A stretch of 64,000 bases of DNA. It comes from an uncultured Gemmatimonadaceae bacterium (GTDB lineage Bacteria; Gemmatimonadota; Gemmatimonadetes; Gemmatimonadales; Gemmatimonadaceae). Both the position numbers and the translations under genes were made by a program. The notes beneath the pieces were generated by a model. The model ran no database searches and was not told the DNA's origin. It saw nothing but the letters and a program-made list of their open reading frames with translations. Below, one piece after another: positions 11,105 to 23,086 of this stretch. Every line of letters begins with the position of its first letter. Position 1 is the stretch's first letter. The DNA is taken from contig CAWHHI010000005.1 in assembly GCA_963829055.1 (NCBI GenBank), forward strand, positions 192,001 through 256,000. Direction: 5' to 3'.

Positions 11105-13010
11105 CTATGCTATCCCCGCGCGCGCTTTCGCCGCCGCGATGATCGCCGCCATCACGTCGCGATGCTGCGCGAACGTGTCGTCGACCACCTGCAGCGTCGG
11201 GATCGCGTTCGGCGACAGCCCGAGCGTCTCGGCGTTGAACCGCCCGAACCCCGACTCGTGCACGCCGCTCGAGCCTCGGCCCGGCGCCGGTGCGCTCAGA
11301 TGCTGGAAGAAGCGCGAGTACTTCCGCCACCGCGCGCCGCCGCCGGCGTGGTACATCGGGATGAACCCGTGCAGCGCGTCGTACGGCATCTCGCCCACGC
11401 ACGCGACCTTCGGGTACTTCGCGCGCAGGTCCATCACCAGGCGCCGCGTGCCCTCGTGCATGTCGCCCGTCGTGCTGTTCACGTGCCCGCCGACGATGTC
11501 GAGGAAGTACGCGTCCACGCCGTAGCGCTCGATCGCGTCGGCAATGCGCCCCGTCGAGATGATTCCGCCACGCGTCGGCGCCGAGGTTCATGTACGTGAG
11601 CCAGCCGTCCTGGTGGCGGTCGTTGTTCCAGTCCACCCAGTTCAGGTCGTAGCGGTCGCCGTCGATCTTCTGCGTCACGCCGCGACGCGATCCTGGGCCA
11701 CACGGGCTGCTTCCGGTTCGCGGAGTTCGCGCCGAACATCGGCATCATCCTGAAGCCGAGCTTCCTGCCCTCGCTGATCAGGCGCTTGAACCCGGCCTCG
11801 CCACCCATGCGGGCGGGCGCGACGTAGTTCGGGTAATCCCAGTAGTACCGGCCATCCCAGGCCGAGATGAACGCGAGCACGCGCTCGGGCGGGATCTGCG
11901 TCGCCATCCAGCGCAGGATCTCCAGCATGCGCGCGTAGTCGTTGAACATGAAGCCCGTGTAGTGCATGCCGTGGAGCGTCGTTACCAGCGCGATCTGTCG
12001 CTGCCATGGCTGGCACATCCGTCCGCGTCTCCCACGGCTGCAACCCGAACGCGCGTTCCACATGCGCCATGTGCGGCGCCACTGCGTCGTCGAGCGACGG
12101 CGCTCGCCCGACACGCCATCGCGGCACCGTTAGGCGCGTGTCGTTGCGCCACGCGTCGTGCTCGTACACCGCCTCCACGCGGTACGCGCGCTCGCCCGGC
12201 TGGAAGTAGAAGCGCTTCGGCCGGACGCGGTCGTCGAGCGACGACAGGTAGAAGAAGTCCTGCTCGCCCGCCTGCACCGCCGCGAGCGCGGTCGTGATGC
12301 CGACGGACGCGCCGGGCCCGTGCAGGTCGCCGGCGCCGAACGTGTAGCCGCCGAGCGTTTCGTTGTCGTGCGCGTCGAACGGGGCGCCGCCGCCGAGTGA
12401 GATCTTGCCGCGCGGGACGTCGCGGATGATGGTGGTGACCGTCTTCACCGGACGCTCCATCTCCACCACGGTGTCCCACTCGATGGTCGAGCCGTTGCGC
12501 CGGAACGTCGCGACGAGCGAGCCGGGCGCCTTCTCCTGCCCGCCGGCCCAGACGAAGCCAGTACACGTCAGGCGCAGCGTGTCGCCGTGCATCGTCGGCG
12601 GTGATGCGCGCGGCGTCGAGCCCGTAGGTGTTCTCGTCGGTGAAGACGAGAAAGCCGAACCGTAGTCCACCGAACGCGACGGACGGCTCGGGGAAATCGA
12701 AGCTGAACTTCATGAACGCGTCGCCGCGCGGCGGCACGAACACGTCGCTCGTGGACGTCAGCTGCAGCACCTCGGCCGGCTTTGCCGGTGGCGTCATGAC
12801 GTTAGGCGGTATCAGCGGAGCCAGCGCCTGCGCGGTGTCTACCGCGCCTGACGCGACGCTGGCCGCCCCCGTGATCCCGATGACCTTGAGCCAGTCACGT
12901 CGCGAGAGCCCGCCGTCGCTCTCCTGGACGGGAGATCCAGCGGAACCGCCTCTGGTCTCGTTACCGGTTTCCGCTGCCCCGTCCCCCGTTCCTGGCTTTC
13001 TATCGTCCAT
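11105..13010 (-). CDS. Tat-exported protein, possibly a glycoside-hydrolase-like barrel; about 4 frameshifts
   Basis: SRRDWLKVIG twin-arginine signal. Consecutive ORFs 11982-13109, 11675-12670, 11479-12114, 11037-11678 and 11105-11518 read as one protein (WDGRYYWDYP, DAYFLDIVG). Confidence 0.6.
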
Positions 13011-13421
13011 TCCCTGTTCCGGTTCGCGCTCGACGTTCTCCGCGGCCAGCATAATATCCATCGTAGAACGTGCAGAACATGCAGCACTACGGCGCGAGAG
13101 TGTAGGCACTGCGGCGGACGAGCGAGTACACCGCGGCCGATACGTCTCATGGAGGAGTCATGGAACGGAGCAGAAGAATGGGCCAGGCACTACCGGCCGG
13201 CGTCGAGCAGCCGGACGATGCGTTCATGCGACGCATCCGCTATGTAGTGGATTTCGCGGACACGTAGGCAGAGCGGGCTCGTCAATCGTCGCGCCGTCAC
13301 CCAGTCGTTGCTTGGGCGACGACGACCACGGCGGTACCTTGGTCAGCCCGCCAGCACATCGTCGACCGCCGACGTCCCGACGATCGGACACGATCTGCCA
13401 CCCTTCGCGCCAAGACTCAGA

Positions 13422-16400
13422 ATGCGCTACCGGATTGCTCCCGCGGCAACGCTGCTCGCCGCCCTCGCACTCGCCGCCTGTTCCGGGCGCGACACCGTCC
13501 TCGCACCAGTCGCGCCGCCCGCGCCACGTGGGGATGTGGCGACTGCAGTGGCGCCGCCGACCGTCTACTTCAGCGAGATCCACTACGACAACGTCGGCGC
13601 TGACGCCGACGAGCGCATCGAGATCACCGGCCCCGCCGGCACGGACCTCACTGGCTGGCAGGTCGTGCTCTACAACGGCAACGGCGGCGTCACCTACAAC
13701 ACGCAGACGCTGAGCGGCACCATCCCGGCGACGTGCGGCGCGAACGGCGTGGTCGTCCTGACGTATCCCGCGGACGGCATCCAGAACGGCAGTCCCGACG
13801 GCATGGCGCTCGTGAACGGCGGCGGCCAGGTCGTCGAGTTCCTGTCCTACGAGGGGACGTTCGCCGCGACGAACGGGCCGGCGTTAGGCATGACGTCGGT
13901 GGACATCGGCGTGCTCGAGAACGGCGCGCCCGTTGGACAATCGCTCCAGCGGAGCAGCGCCGGCACGTGGAGCGGCCCGGTCGCGAGCACGTTCGGCGCC
14001 TGCAACGACGACGGTGGCCAACCTCCCGCCGCGGTCGCGAAGGTCACCGTCGCGCCGGCCGCGGCGTCGATCGCGCAGGGCGCCACCCAGACGTTCACCG
14101 CGACGGCCTTCGACGCGTCGAACCAGCCGGTCGCGGGCGTCACGTTCACGTGGACGAGCAGCGCCACGGCCGTCGCGACGGTGAGCGCGACCGGCGTCGC
14201 GACCGCGCTGCAACCGGGCGACGTCACGATCACGGCGACGGCGCCTAACGCCATTACCGGGACGGCGTCGCTCCACGTCGATCGCGCCGTCGACGCCGGG
14301 CCTGCCCGAAACGCGGTTCAGCGAGCTGCACTACGACAACTTCGGCACGGACGTCGACGAAGCGATCGAGATCGAAGGACCCGCGGGCACCGATCGCTCA
14401 CGGGCTGGAGCATCGTGCTCTACAACGGCAACGGCGGCGTGCAGTACAACACGCAGCCACTGACGCGGAACGATCCCCGCGACGTGCGACGCCCGCGGTG
14501 TCGTCGTCGTGAACTACCCGCAGGACGGGATCCAGAACGGCAGCCCCGACGGAATGGCACTGGTGAACGCGGCCGGTGAAGTCGTGGAGTTCCTCTCGTA
14601 CGAAGGGACGTTCACCGCGACCGATGGCCCCGCGTCAGGCAAGACCGTCGACGACATCGGTGTGTCGGAGTCATCGTCACCGCTCGGACAATCGCTGCAG
14701 CGCTACCTCGGCGGGCGTCTGGCAGCAGCCGGCGACATCGAGCTTCGGCGCCTGCAACGGTAGCGGCGGCGGCCGAACCCCGGCGGCAACACGATCAGCT
14801 TCACCGGCCGTACGCCCAGTGACCCGGCGCTTCCCGTCGGCTTCCAGGATCAGCTCTTCGCGACCGTGCGCGACGCCGAACAACGTCGACCGTCACCACG
14901 ACCATCACGTGGACGACTCGGAGACGCCGGCCATCGCGCGCATCGACCAGAACGGCGTCATCACCGCGCTCGCGGCCGGCAGCGCCACGTTCCGCGCGAC
15001 GGCCGCCGACGGCCTAACGACGGCCACGTTCGCACTCCCCGTCGCGCGTCGCGGTCGCCAGCACCACGGCGCAATACGCTGGCAACGCGGAGTTCGGCGA
15101 GCCGGCCGACAGCCGACCCGAGCGACGACTTCATCGTCCGCCACCCGGAGTACACGGCGTCGTTCAACAAGAACCGCGGCACGCCGAACTGGGTCAGCTA
15201 CGATCTCGAGGCCACGCACTTCGGCCCCGAGGACCGCTGCGACTGCTTCACGTTCGACCCGTCGCTGCCGGCTGCGTTCACGCGCTACACCACCGCCGAC
15301 TACACCGGCGCCGGCGCTGCCGCCGGTTTCGGTATCGACCGCGGCCATCTCGCCCGCTCGTTCGACCGCACGTCGGCGAGTCTCGACAACGCGTTCACGT
15401 TCCTGTTCACGAACATCGTGCCGCAGGCCGCCGACCTGAACCAGGGTCCATGGGCGACCATGGAAAACTTCCTCGGCGACCTCGCTCGGCTCCAGAACAA
15501 GGAGGTCTACATCGTCGCCGGCGTCGCGGGCAACATTGGCACGGTCAAGAACGAGGGGAAGATCGTGATCCCCGCGTCCACCTGGAAAGTCGCGGTGATC
15601 ATGCCGCGCGATCAGGGGCTCGCGACATCACGACACTCGGCGACCTCGAGGTCATCGCCGTGATCATGCCTAACCGAGCCCGGCGTGCGGAACGTCGACT
15701 GGCAGACGTACAAGACGACCGTCGACGCCGTCGAAGCGCTGAGCGGCTACGACCTGCTCGCGCTCCTGCGCGACGACATCGAGAACGCGGTCGAGAGCGG
15801 CAAGACGACAGCGGCGCCCATAGCAGCCATCGAATGGACCGTACACGTCGCTCGAAGGATCGGCGGTCGTCGATGAGCGCTGCCGGCTCCAGTGACGCGG
15901 ACGGCGGTACGCTCACGTACCTGTGGAGCTTCGGCGACGGCGGGACCGCGAGCGGCCTCGACTGTGTCGCACACGTACTCCGCGGATGGCGGCTACAACG
16001 TTAGGCTCATCGTGAACAGCTCGAGCGGGCTCGCCGATACGATCTTCACCACCGCGACGGTCGCGAACGTCGCCCCAGCCATCGCCTCGTTCGCCGGAGC
16101 TACGCTGCTTCCGGGCGAGACGTACGCTGCCACGGGATCGTTCACGGATCCGGGCACGGACGCGTGGACGGCGACGGTCGACTACGGCGATGGCTCGGGA
16201 CTCGTACCGCTGGCCCTCTCCGGCAAGACGTTCTCGCTCTCGCACACGTACGCCGGCGCTGGCTCCTTCACCGTCACGGTCCGCGTGAGGGACGACGACG
16301 TCACCTCGACGCGGACTGCGACGGTGACGGTGCTGACGCCGGAGGAGGGCATCGACAAGGCGATCGCGATCGTGAATGAGCTCCTGGCAGACGGAAAGAT

Positions 16401-16678
16401 CGACGCCGGCATCGCGAGCTCGCTCACGTCGAAGCTCGGCGGCGCGAAGACGTCGCTTCTGCACGAGACCACACACGCCGCGCTCGGAAAGCTCGAAGCC
16501 GTGCTCGATGAGCTCGAATGCCCTGATACACGGAGGTCACGTGTCCGCCTCGGACGTCGACGCGTTGCACGAGCTCGTCGAGCGCGTCATCAAGTCGATT
16601 ACGTACGTGCACCTTGTCATTCCGAGCGAGACGGCAGACGGGAGACGAGGAATCGAGGAATCCATGAGCTGCCGGTAG
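13422..16678 (+). CDS. Lipoprotein DNA/RNA non-specific endonuclease with LTD-like, Ig-like (Big_2) and PKD domains; several frameshifts
   Basis: Lipobox LAAC; two SEIHYDN...GIQNGSPDG repeats; DRGHL and NIVPQ..LNQGPW (NucA/EndoG); PKD YLWSFGDG. Confidence 0.8.
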
Positions 16679-16745
16679 AGAGGCTCCCTCTACCCGGCAT
16701 CCCAAGATTCCTCGACTCCGCCGCTTCGCGGCTTCGCTCGGAATG
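16615..16745. repeat. Palindromic REP/MITE-like element, copy B
   Basis: Same ends and GAGGAATC / GTAGAG-CTCTAC / GATTCCTC core as copy A. Confidence 0.9.
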
Positions 16746-16778
16746 CACGGCTGTAACGGCAGGTTTACTCTTAGCCGC

Positions 16779-17120
16779 ATGATGCTCCGCGCGCGCAACC
16801 TGTTCCTGGCCTGGCTCACCTACGGCGCCCTGCAGCTCGCGCTGCTGGGCGTCCCGGGCGCAGCCGCGCAGCCAGGCGTCGGGAATCGCGACGCACGGTC
16901 GCAGTCCGAGTCCCAGTCGGTCTCGTTCGGCAAGCGCCTCGTCGCGCCCGACAGCATCGACCGTCGGACCCCGACGACGCCGTTCGCGCCGTCGCGCCAC
17001 ATTGGCCTCGATCTGCCCGTCGTCGCAGGCAGCACGGCCGTCGTTGTCCCGCAGCACCACGACGGCTCCGACGCATCGCTCGCCCTCCCACCCGCACGCG
17101 CTCCACCCGCTCTCGCCTGA
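16779..17120 (+). CDS. Secreted leader protein with C-terminal RAPP motif (candidate arrest peptide upstream of secDF)
   Basis: Hydrophobic N-terminus ending AAA-Q; C-terminus ...LPPARAPPALA*; 123 nt before the secDF ATG. Confidence 0.7.
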   Translation: MMLRARNLFLAWLTYGALQLALLGVPGAAAQPGVGNRDARSQSESQSVSFGKRLVAPDSIDRRTPTTPFAPSRHIGLDLPVVAGSTAVVVPQHHDGSDASLALPPARAPPALA

Positions 17121-17243
17121 GCCGTCGCGCCTCTTCGGCGCGCCCATCACAACTCCGCCGGTCTTCACCTAACGCCGCCCGCGTCCGCGAGCAGGCGTGG
17201 CCGGCGCACGGCTTTCCGCGACCCGCGGAAGGAGAGCAGCCAC

Positions 17244-19896
17244 ATGAAATCGATCAGGTGGCGAGTGATCATCATCCTCGCCCTCGTTGTCGCGAGCGTC
17301 TTCGCGCTCGTACCCCGCAGCGTCAAGCAGCGCCTCTACGACTCGCGCACCGGTCAGATGCGCGACACCACCGTCCGCCGCGTTCCCATCAACATGGGCC
17401 TCGACCTTCGCGGCGGTGTTCACCTCGCGCTCGAGGTCGACGAGTCGCGCGGCAAAGTCGCCGATTGCGCCGACGCGATCCGTCGCGCCGAACGCGTCGT
17501 GCGCGCACGCATCGACGAGTTCGGAACGACGGAGCCCGTCGTCCAGATCGCGAGCGACTGTCGCCTGGTTGTCGAGCTTCCCGGCGAGACCGATCCCGCA
17601 CGCGCCCGGTCGATCGTCGAACGCACGGCGTTCCTCGAGTTCCGCATCACGGACGCGAAGGAGCAATTCCGGCGCGCGCTCCCCTCGATCGATGTCGCGT
17701 TGCGACGAGCGGGAGTTGCAAACGCCGCGGCGCCGCGGACGACCGCCAGCGCAGATGTCGTCACCGGTCTCCTCTCGCCCGACAGTGCGCGTGCTACGAC
17801 TGACACCACGATCAACGCGGCCAACGCCACGACCGAGGGCGGCGTGCTGTCGTCGCTCCTCACGCCTGGTCGTGTCCCTGGAGAATTCATCGTCGCCGAA
17901 GAAAGCGTCGCTCAGGTCGAGCAGCTGATCGCGAAGCCGGAGGTGCAGCAACTCGTTCCGCGCGGACTCGAGCTGCGATGGGGCACACCGATCGCGACGC
18001 GAGAGACGCGAGCGTTCCGGCCACTTTACGCGCTGCAGTCGCGAGCCATCATCACCGGCGAGGAAATCCAGAAAGCCGTCGCTGGCCGAGACCCCACGAC
18101 CAACGCGGCCGAAGTGCAGTTCGAGCTCACGCGGCCCGGCGGACGCCAGTTCGGCGACGCGACCGGTCGCAACATCGGCAATCACCTCGCGATCCTGCTC
18201 GACGGGCGCGTACAGGGCGAGCCGCCCGTCATCCGCGACCGCATCACGTCGAACGGACGCATCGAGCTCGGTGGCAAGTCGCTCGAGGAAGCAAACGACC
18301 TCGCGCTCATGCTGCGCGCCGGCGCGCTTCCGGTACCGCTCCATGTCGTCGCCCAGGGAACCATCGGCCCGTCGCTCGGCATGGACTCCATCCGCGATGG
18401 CGTGCGCGCGTCGGCGCTTGCGGTTGGGTTCGTGCTGGTCGTCATGGGCGCGTACTACGGATTCGCCGGACTCCTCGCTGTCGCCGCGCTCGCCCTGTAC
18501 GTGCTCTACTGCCTTGGCGGTCTCGCCGTGTTCGGGTTCAACCTGACGCTCCCGGGACTCGCGGGCTTCGCGCTGTCCATCGGAATGGCGGTCGACGCGA
18601 ACGTGCTGATCTTCGAGCGCATGCGCGAAGAGCTCGACGCGGGGAAACCCGTTAGGCGCGCGATCGATGAAGGGTTTCGGCACGCGATGAGCGCCATCGT
18701 CGACTCGAACGTCACGACCGCGCTCACCGCGCTGATCCTGTACGTGGTGGGCACGGGACCCGTGCAGGGATTCGCGATCACGCTGCTCGTCGGACTCGTG
18801 GCGTCGATGGTCACCGCCGTCTTCGTCACGCGCACGTTCTTCCTCGTGTGGGTGAAAGCGCGTCCGAACATGACGACGCTTGAAGCATTTCACGTTCAGG
18901 CTGTTCGCGAACGCGCGCTACGACTTCATCGGCGTGCGACGCTGGGCGTACGGCGTGACGGCCGCGCTGATCGTGCCGGGCATGATCATGCTCGCCGCGA
19001 CTGGGCATCACGTACAGCATCGAGTTCACGGGCGGTGCGCTGATGCACGTGCGCACGGACGACGCCCGTGGAGACGACACGCCTCCGCACCGCGCTCGAG
19101 CGCGGCGGTGTGAACAACCCGGAGATTCAGAGCTTCGGCTCGGCGCAGGAGTACGTGATCCGCGCTCGTCTCGACGGAGCCGCGGACGGCAACACGCGGA
19201 GCGCCGAGATCGCGGCGTCGGTGAGCAAGGCGCTCGATGCCGACCTGGGCACGGGCACGTATCAGATCGTGCGCAGCGAGGGCGTCAGCTCCGAAGGTCG
19301 GCGGTGAGCTTCAGGAGAAAGCGCTCATCGCGATTCTCTTCAGCTTCGTCGCGACGCTCATCTACCTCGCGTTCCGCTTCGAGTGGCGCTTCGGCCTCGC
19401 GGCCGTGATCGCGACGGCGCACGACGTGCTCGCGACGGTCGCGTTCATTCGCTACCTGGATCTCGAGGTGAGTCTCGTCGTGGTGGCGGCGGTGCTCACG
19501 GTACTCGGCTACTCGCTCAACGACACGATCGTGATCTTCGATCGCGTGCGCGAGAACGTGAAGCTCCACGCGCGCAAGCCGCTGGCGGAGTTGTTGAATC
19601 TTTCGATCAACGAGACGTTGCCGCGGACGATACTCACCGGCGGCACGACGCTGGCGACGGCGCTCGTGCTCTCGTTCTTCGCCGGCGAGGTGATCAAGCC
19701 GTTCGCGCTGGTGATGACGTTCGGCATCATCGTCGGCACGTTCTCTTCGATCTTCGTCGCGTCGCCGGTGCTGCTCGGCATAACGCGGCGTTGGGGCACT
19801 CCGAAGCCGAGTACAAGCAGCAGTGTCATCCGCGCAGCCGAGCCAGCGCGTGTCATCCCGAGCGGCAGCGAGGGACCTTCCGTGACGTCATCGTAG
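17244..19896 (+). CDS. secDF: Protein translocase SecDF, probably fused; frameshifts at about 18880-19290
   Basis: MGLDLRGG, LRAGALP, IGPSLG, GMAVDANVLIFER, IVDSNVTT (SecD); IEFTGG, GYSLNDTIVIFDRVREN, GTFSSIFVASP (SecF). Confidence 0.9.
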
Positions 19897-19905
19897 CCAG
19901 GGCCT

Positions 19906-20174
19906 GAACGACAACACCAACAGCAAACGGCAACTGCATGACAGGATTGGCAGGATGGACAGGATTGAACAGAGGCTCCGTGTCGCACGCAGGGCCCCTC
20001 CCGCAACGAGCCCGGAACGAGGGGAACGGCCGCTCGGGACGCCACTCTCCGAGAGATGTGTTCCTTCATTCGTTAGGCCCCGCGACACGCTCCCGACGCC
20101 GAGGCGGTCATCTTCTCAATCCTGCCAATCCTGGCCATCCTGTCTGCTGTTGCGGTTGCCGTTTGCGGTTGTCG
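19906..20174. repeat. Long nested inverted repeat with 9-mer CAGGATT-type subrepeats
   Basis: GCAAACGGCAAC..CAGGATTGGCAGGATGGACAGGATTGA versus TCAATCCTGCCAATCCTGGCCATCCTG..GTTGCCGTTTGC; inner pair CGTGTCGC/GCGACACG. Confidence 0.8.
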
Positions 20175-20343
20175 AGCCCGCCCAGCGGACGTCGAGTGTC
20201 GTTAAGCACGCGATCCTGTCCGGCCTGCCGATGTCGAACGTCCGTCGGGACCGCCATCGTACCTGTCGTCGCGAGTAATAGTCGCAATTCGGTACGTAAT
20301 CGCCGTACACCGTGCCTCGGCAGATTCCGCGCTGGATGTGAAC

Positions 20344-20373
20344 AGCCCCGCTGTCAGCGAAGACAGCGGGGCT
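20344..20373. terminator. Hairpin between convergent secDF and msrB, probable terminator
   Basis: AGCCCCGCTGTC-agcgaa-GACAGCGGGGCT, a 12-bp perfect stem. Confidence 0.7.
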
Positions 20374-20414
20374 TTCAGGTCACCTTGCGCAAGCCCACGA
20401 GCTAATGCGTCGTC

Positions 20415-21026
20415 TTATCGCTTCGCCTTCTCGAACAACGCCACATACTGCCCATAGCCTTCCTCGGCCAGCTTCGCCACCGGGATGAAGCGCATCGACG
20501 CCGAGTTCATGCAGTAGCGCAGTCCGGTCGGCTGCGGACCGTCGTCGAAGAGATGCCCGAGATGCGAGTCCGCGTGCGCCGACCGCACTTCCGTGCGCTC
20601 CATGAACAGCGAGCGATCGGTCTTCGTCTTCACGTTCGCCGTCTCGAGCGGCTTCGTGAAGCTCGGCCATCCCGTGCCCGAGTCGTACTTGTCGAGAGAG
20701 CTGAACAGCGGCTCGCCCGAGACGACGTCGACGTAGATGCCCGCCTCGTGATTGTCCCAGTACTCGTTCTGGAACGGACGCTCCGTCCCCTCGTGCTGGG
20801 TCACCTGATACTGCAGCGGCGATAGCTGCTTCTTGAGCTCCGCGTCGCTGGGCTTCTTGAAGTCGGTCATCCGTTTGGCTCCTGTCTTCCCGTTGGTGGC
20901 GGCGACGGTTTGCGCGCCTGCGTGCGTGTTGGCCTGCGCCCCCGCCGCGGTTGTCGCCACGCCTACCATCATCGCAGCCGCGGCAACCGCGAGCCCGCGC
21001 TGGGTGCGACTCAGTCGCGCAACCAT
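20415..21026 (-). CDS. msrB: Peptide-methionine (R)-S-oxide reductase with signal peptide
   Basis: [33 protein letters not shown]. Confidence 0.92.
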   Translation of the reverse strand: MVARLSRTQRGLAVAAAAMMVGVATTAAGAQANTHAGAQTVAATNGKTGAKRMTDFKKPSDAELKKQLSPLQYQVTQHEGTERPFQNEYWDNHEAGIYVDVVSGEPLFSSLDKYDSGTGWPSFTKPLETANVKTKTDRSLFMERTEVRSAHADSHLGHLFDDGPQPTGLRYCMNSASMRFIPVAKLAEEGYGQYVALFEKAKR

Positions 21027-21362
21027 ATAGACCGTTTCCCCGCCTATCGTATGCCAGCCGCGACCGCTCGTTCGAGCGGCCCCGGATTGTCTGAATGGGG
21101 TCCTCACCGGACATATCCGTGTTCGGTACCGATTGTTCCAGGGATAAAGTCCGGACAATGAAGTACGCCTGCCGACCGATGTCGGATCGTTGCGTGCTCG
21201 CCGGATCGGTTGGTCACGCTCGAGGACGGTTCAACCCTGTTCCCGGCGCGCTTGTGGCCCCCGCAGTGACCCACAGCCCGTCGCCATCGGATCGTGTCAG
21301 CTGTCCCGTCCCGGTAATTCACGCCGCGACCAACCTGCTTCAGCGCTCCCTGGCGTCGACCT

Positions 21363-22292
21363 ATGATCTCTCCCCTCCTGCGTGGCCTTCGCGGCACTCG
21401 CCCTCATCTGGCGCCTCTGCTGTGGTCGCGACTCGAGCCACGGCTCAGAGCGTCCCTGATACCGCCTCTGCTCGCGCCGAGTCGCTCTTCGCCGCGAAGG
21501 ACTACGTGGGCGCGGCGTCCGCCTTTCAGGCGCTCACCCGCACCCATCCACAGCAGGCGCGGTACTGGACCCGTCTCGGAACGTCGCTGCAGTTCGCCGG
21601 GCGCCACGACGACGCCGTCGCCGCCTACCGACACGCGATCGGCATCGCGACGGCACCGATCGCCATGTACAACCTCGCGACGGTGTTCGCCACGAAGAAC
21701 CAGAAGGACTCCGCGTTCTACTGGCTGGACCAGCTGGTCACCACCGCGAGCTACACGAACGACAAGGCCGTGAGCAGCGACAACGACTTCGCGTCGCTCC
21801 GCGCGCGACCCGCGCTTCGACGCGCTGCTCGAGCGCATGCGGAACGCGCTGCGTCCGTGCCTAACGCGCAAGGAGTCTCGGATGTTCGACTTCTGGGTCG
21901 GCGACTGGGACGTGAAGAACGCGCAGGGGCAGCAAGCCGGCTCGAGCTCGGTACAGCTGCTGCTCGAAGGGTGTGCCCTGTACGAGAACTGGGTCGACGG
22001 GCAGGGTGGCGGCGGCAAGAGTCTCAACAGCTACAACGAAGAAACGAAGCAGTGGCAGCAGTTCTGGACCGACCAGTACGGCCACGTCACCGAGTACCGC
22101 GAAAGCGAATGGATCAACGGGAGCCTGCGCTACTCCGCCAGGCAGCAGACTCCGCGGGGTCCGTCGCTGATCCACATGACGTTCACGCCGATGAACCCGG
22201 ACCTCGTTAGGCAGTTCGGCGAGACGTCGCTCGACGGCGGCAAGACGTGGACGCCATCGTTCGACCTCTACTATCACCGCCGGAAGAAATGA
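21363..22292 (+). CDS. Secreted TPR-repeat protein with C-terminal beta domain; frameshifts
   Basis: TPR helices (YWTRLG, AMYNLA) followed by FDFWVGDWDV...WQQFWTD...SLDGGKTW. Confidence 0.65.
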
Positions 22293-22359
22293 TGTGCGCG
22301 GGCGGCGCTGTCCGTGTGTTCCGCCTGTCTCCGCCATCCGCCGTCCGCCCTCCTCCTTC

Positions 22360-22836
22360 CTAAGGCCTCGCAGGCGTTCGCAGCACCGCAACCGCCTCGA
22401 TCTCGAGCAGGATGTCTGGCCTCGCCAGCGTCGCGACCGGTATGAGGCTGTTGGCCGGCGGGCGCGCCGGATCGAGATACTTGCCGCGAATCTCCCGCAA
22501 CGTCGCCACGTTGGCGAGGTCGGTGATGTAGGTCGTCGTCTTCACGACGTCGGAGAACGTCGCACCCACGCTCGCGAGCGCGATCCGCAGGTTCGCGTAC
22601 ACGCGCTCCGCCTGCGCGCGGAAGTCGCCCACACCGACCATCGCGCCGGTGCTGTCGAACGCGACCTGACCGGCGATGTACACCGTGCGACCGTCGGCGG
22701 CGAGCACGACGTGCGTGTAGCCACTCGGCTTCGTGAGACCGGTCGGATTGATGTAGCGCGCCTCGCCCGCCTGAGCGCGGGCACCGGAGCCCGCGAGAAA
22801 CACAATCAGCGTGAATCGCGCGGATCGCGAAAGCAT
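22360..22836 (-). CDS. RidA/YjgF family protein with signal peptide
   Basis: GYTHVV, VYIAGQV, DVVKTTTYITD, LLEIEAVA. Confidence 0.85.
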   Translation of the reverse strand: MLSRSARFTLIVFLAGSGARAQAGEARYINPTGLTKPSGYTHVVLAADGRTVYIAGQVAFDSTGAMVGVGDFRAQAERVYANLRIALASVGATFSDVVKTTTYITDLANVATLREIRGKYLDPARPPANSLIPVATLARPDILLEIEAVAVLRTPARP

Positions 22837-22926
22837 TGAATCGAGTCATGCGGAAGTATTCGCGAGCACGAGCCAGGGTGCCAATCGATTCTTCGCATGA
22901 TGACACTTCGCGCACGTGACCGTGTC

Positions 22927-23085
22927 TCATTCCGAGCCGGTTGTCATTCCGAGCGGAGCGCCGAGGCGCGCAGTCGAGGAATCGCGATCGTCCCGATAGA
23001 GGGGCCACTCTACCCGGACGATCAGCGATTCCTCGACTGCGGCCTGCGGCCTCCGCTCGGAATGACAACCCCGCTCGGAATGACA
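22927..23085. repeat. Palindromic REP/MITE-like element, copy C (doubled ends)
   Basis: TCATTCCGAGC twice on the left, CGCTCGGAATGACA twice on the right, same core. Confidence 0.9.
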
Positions 23086-23086
23086 G

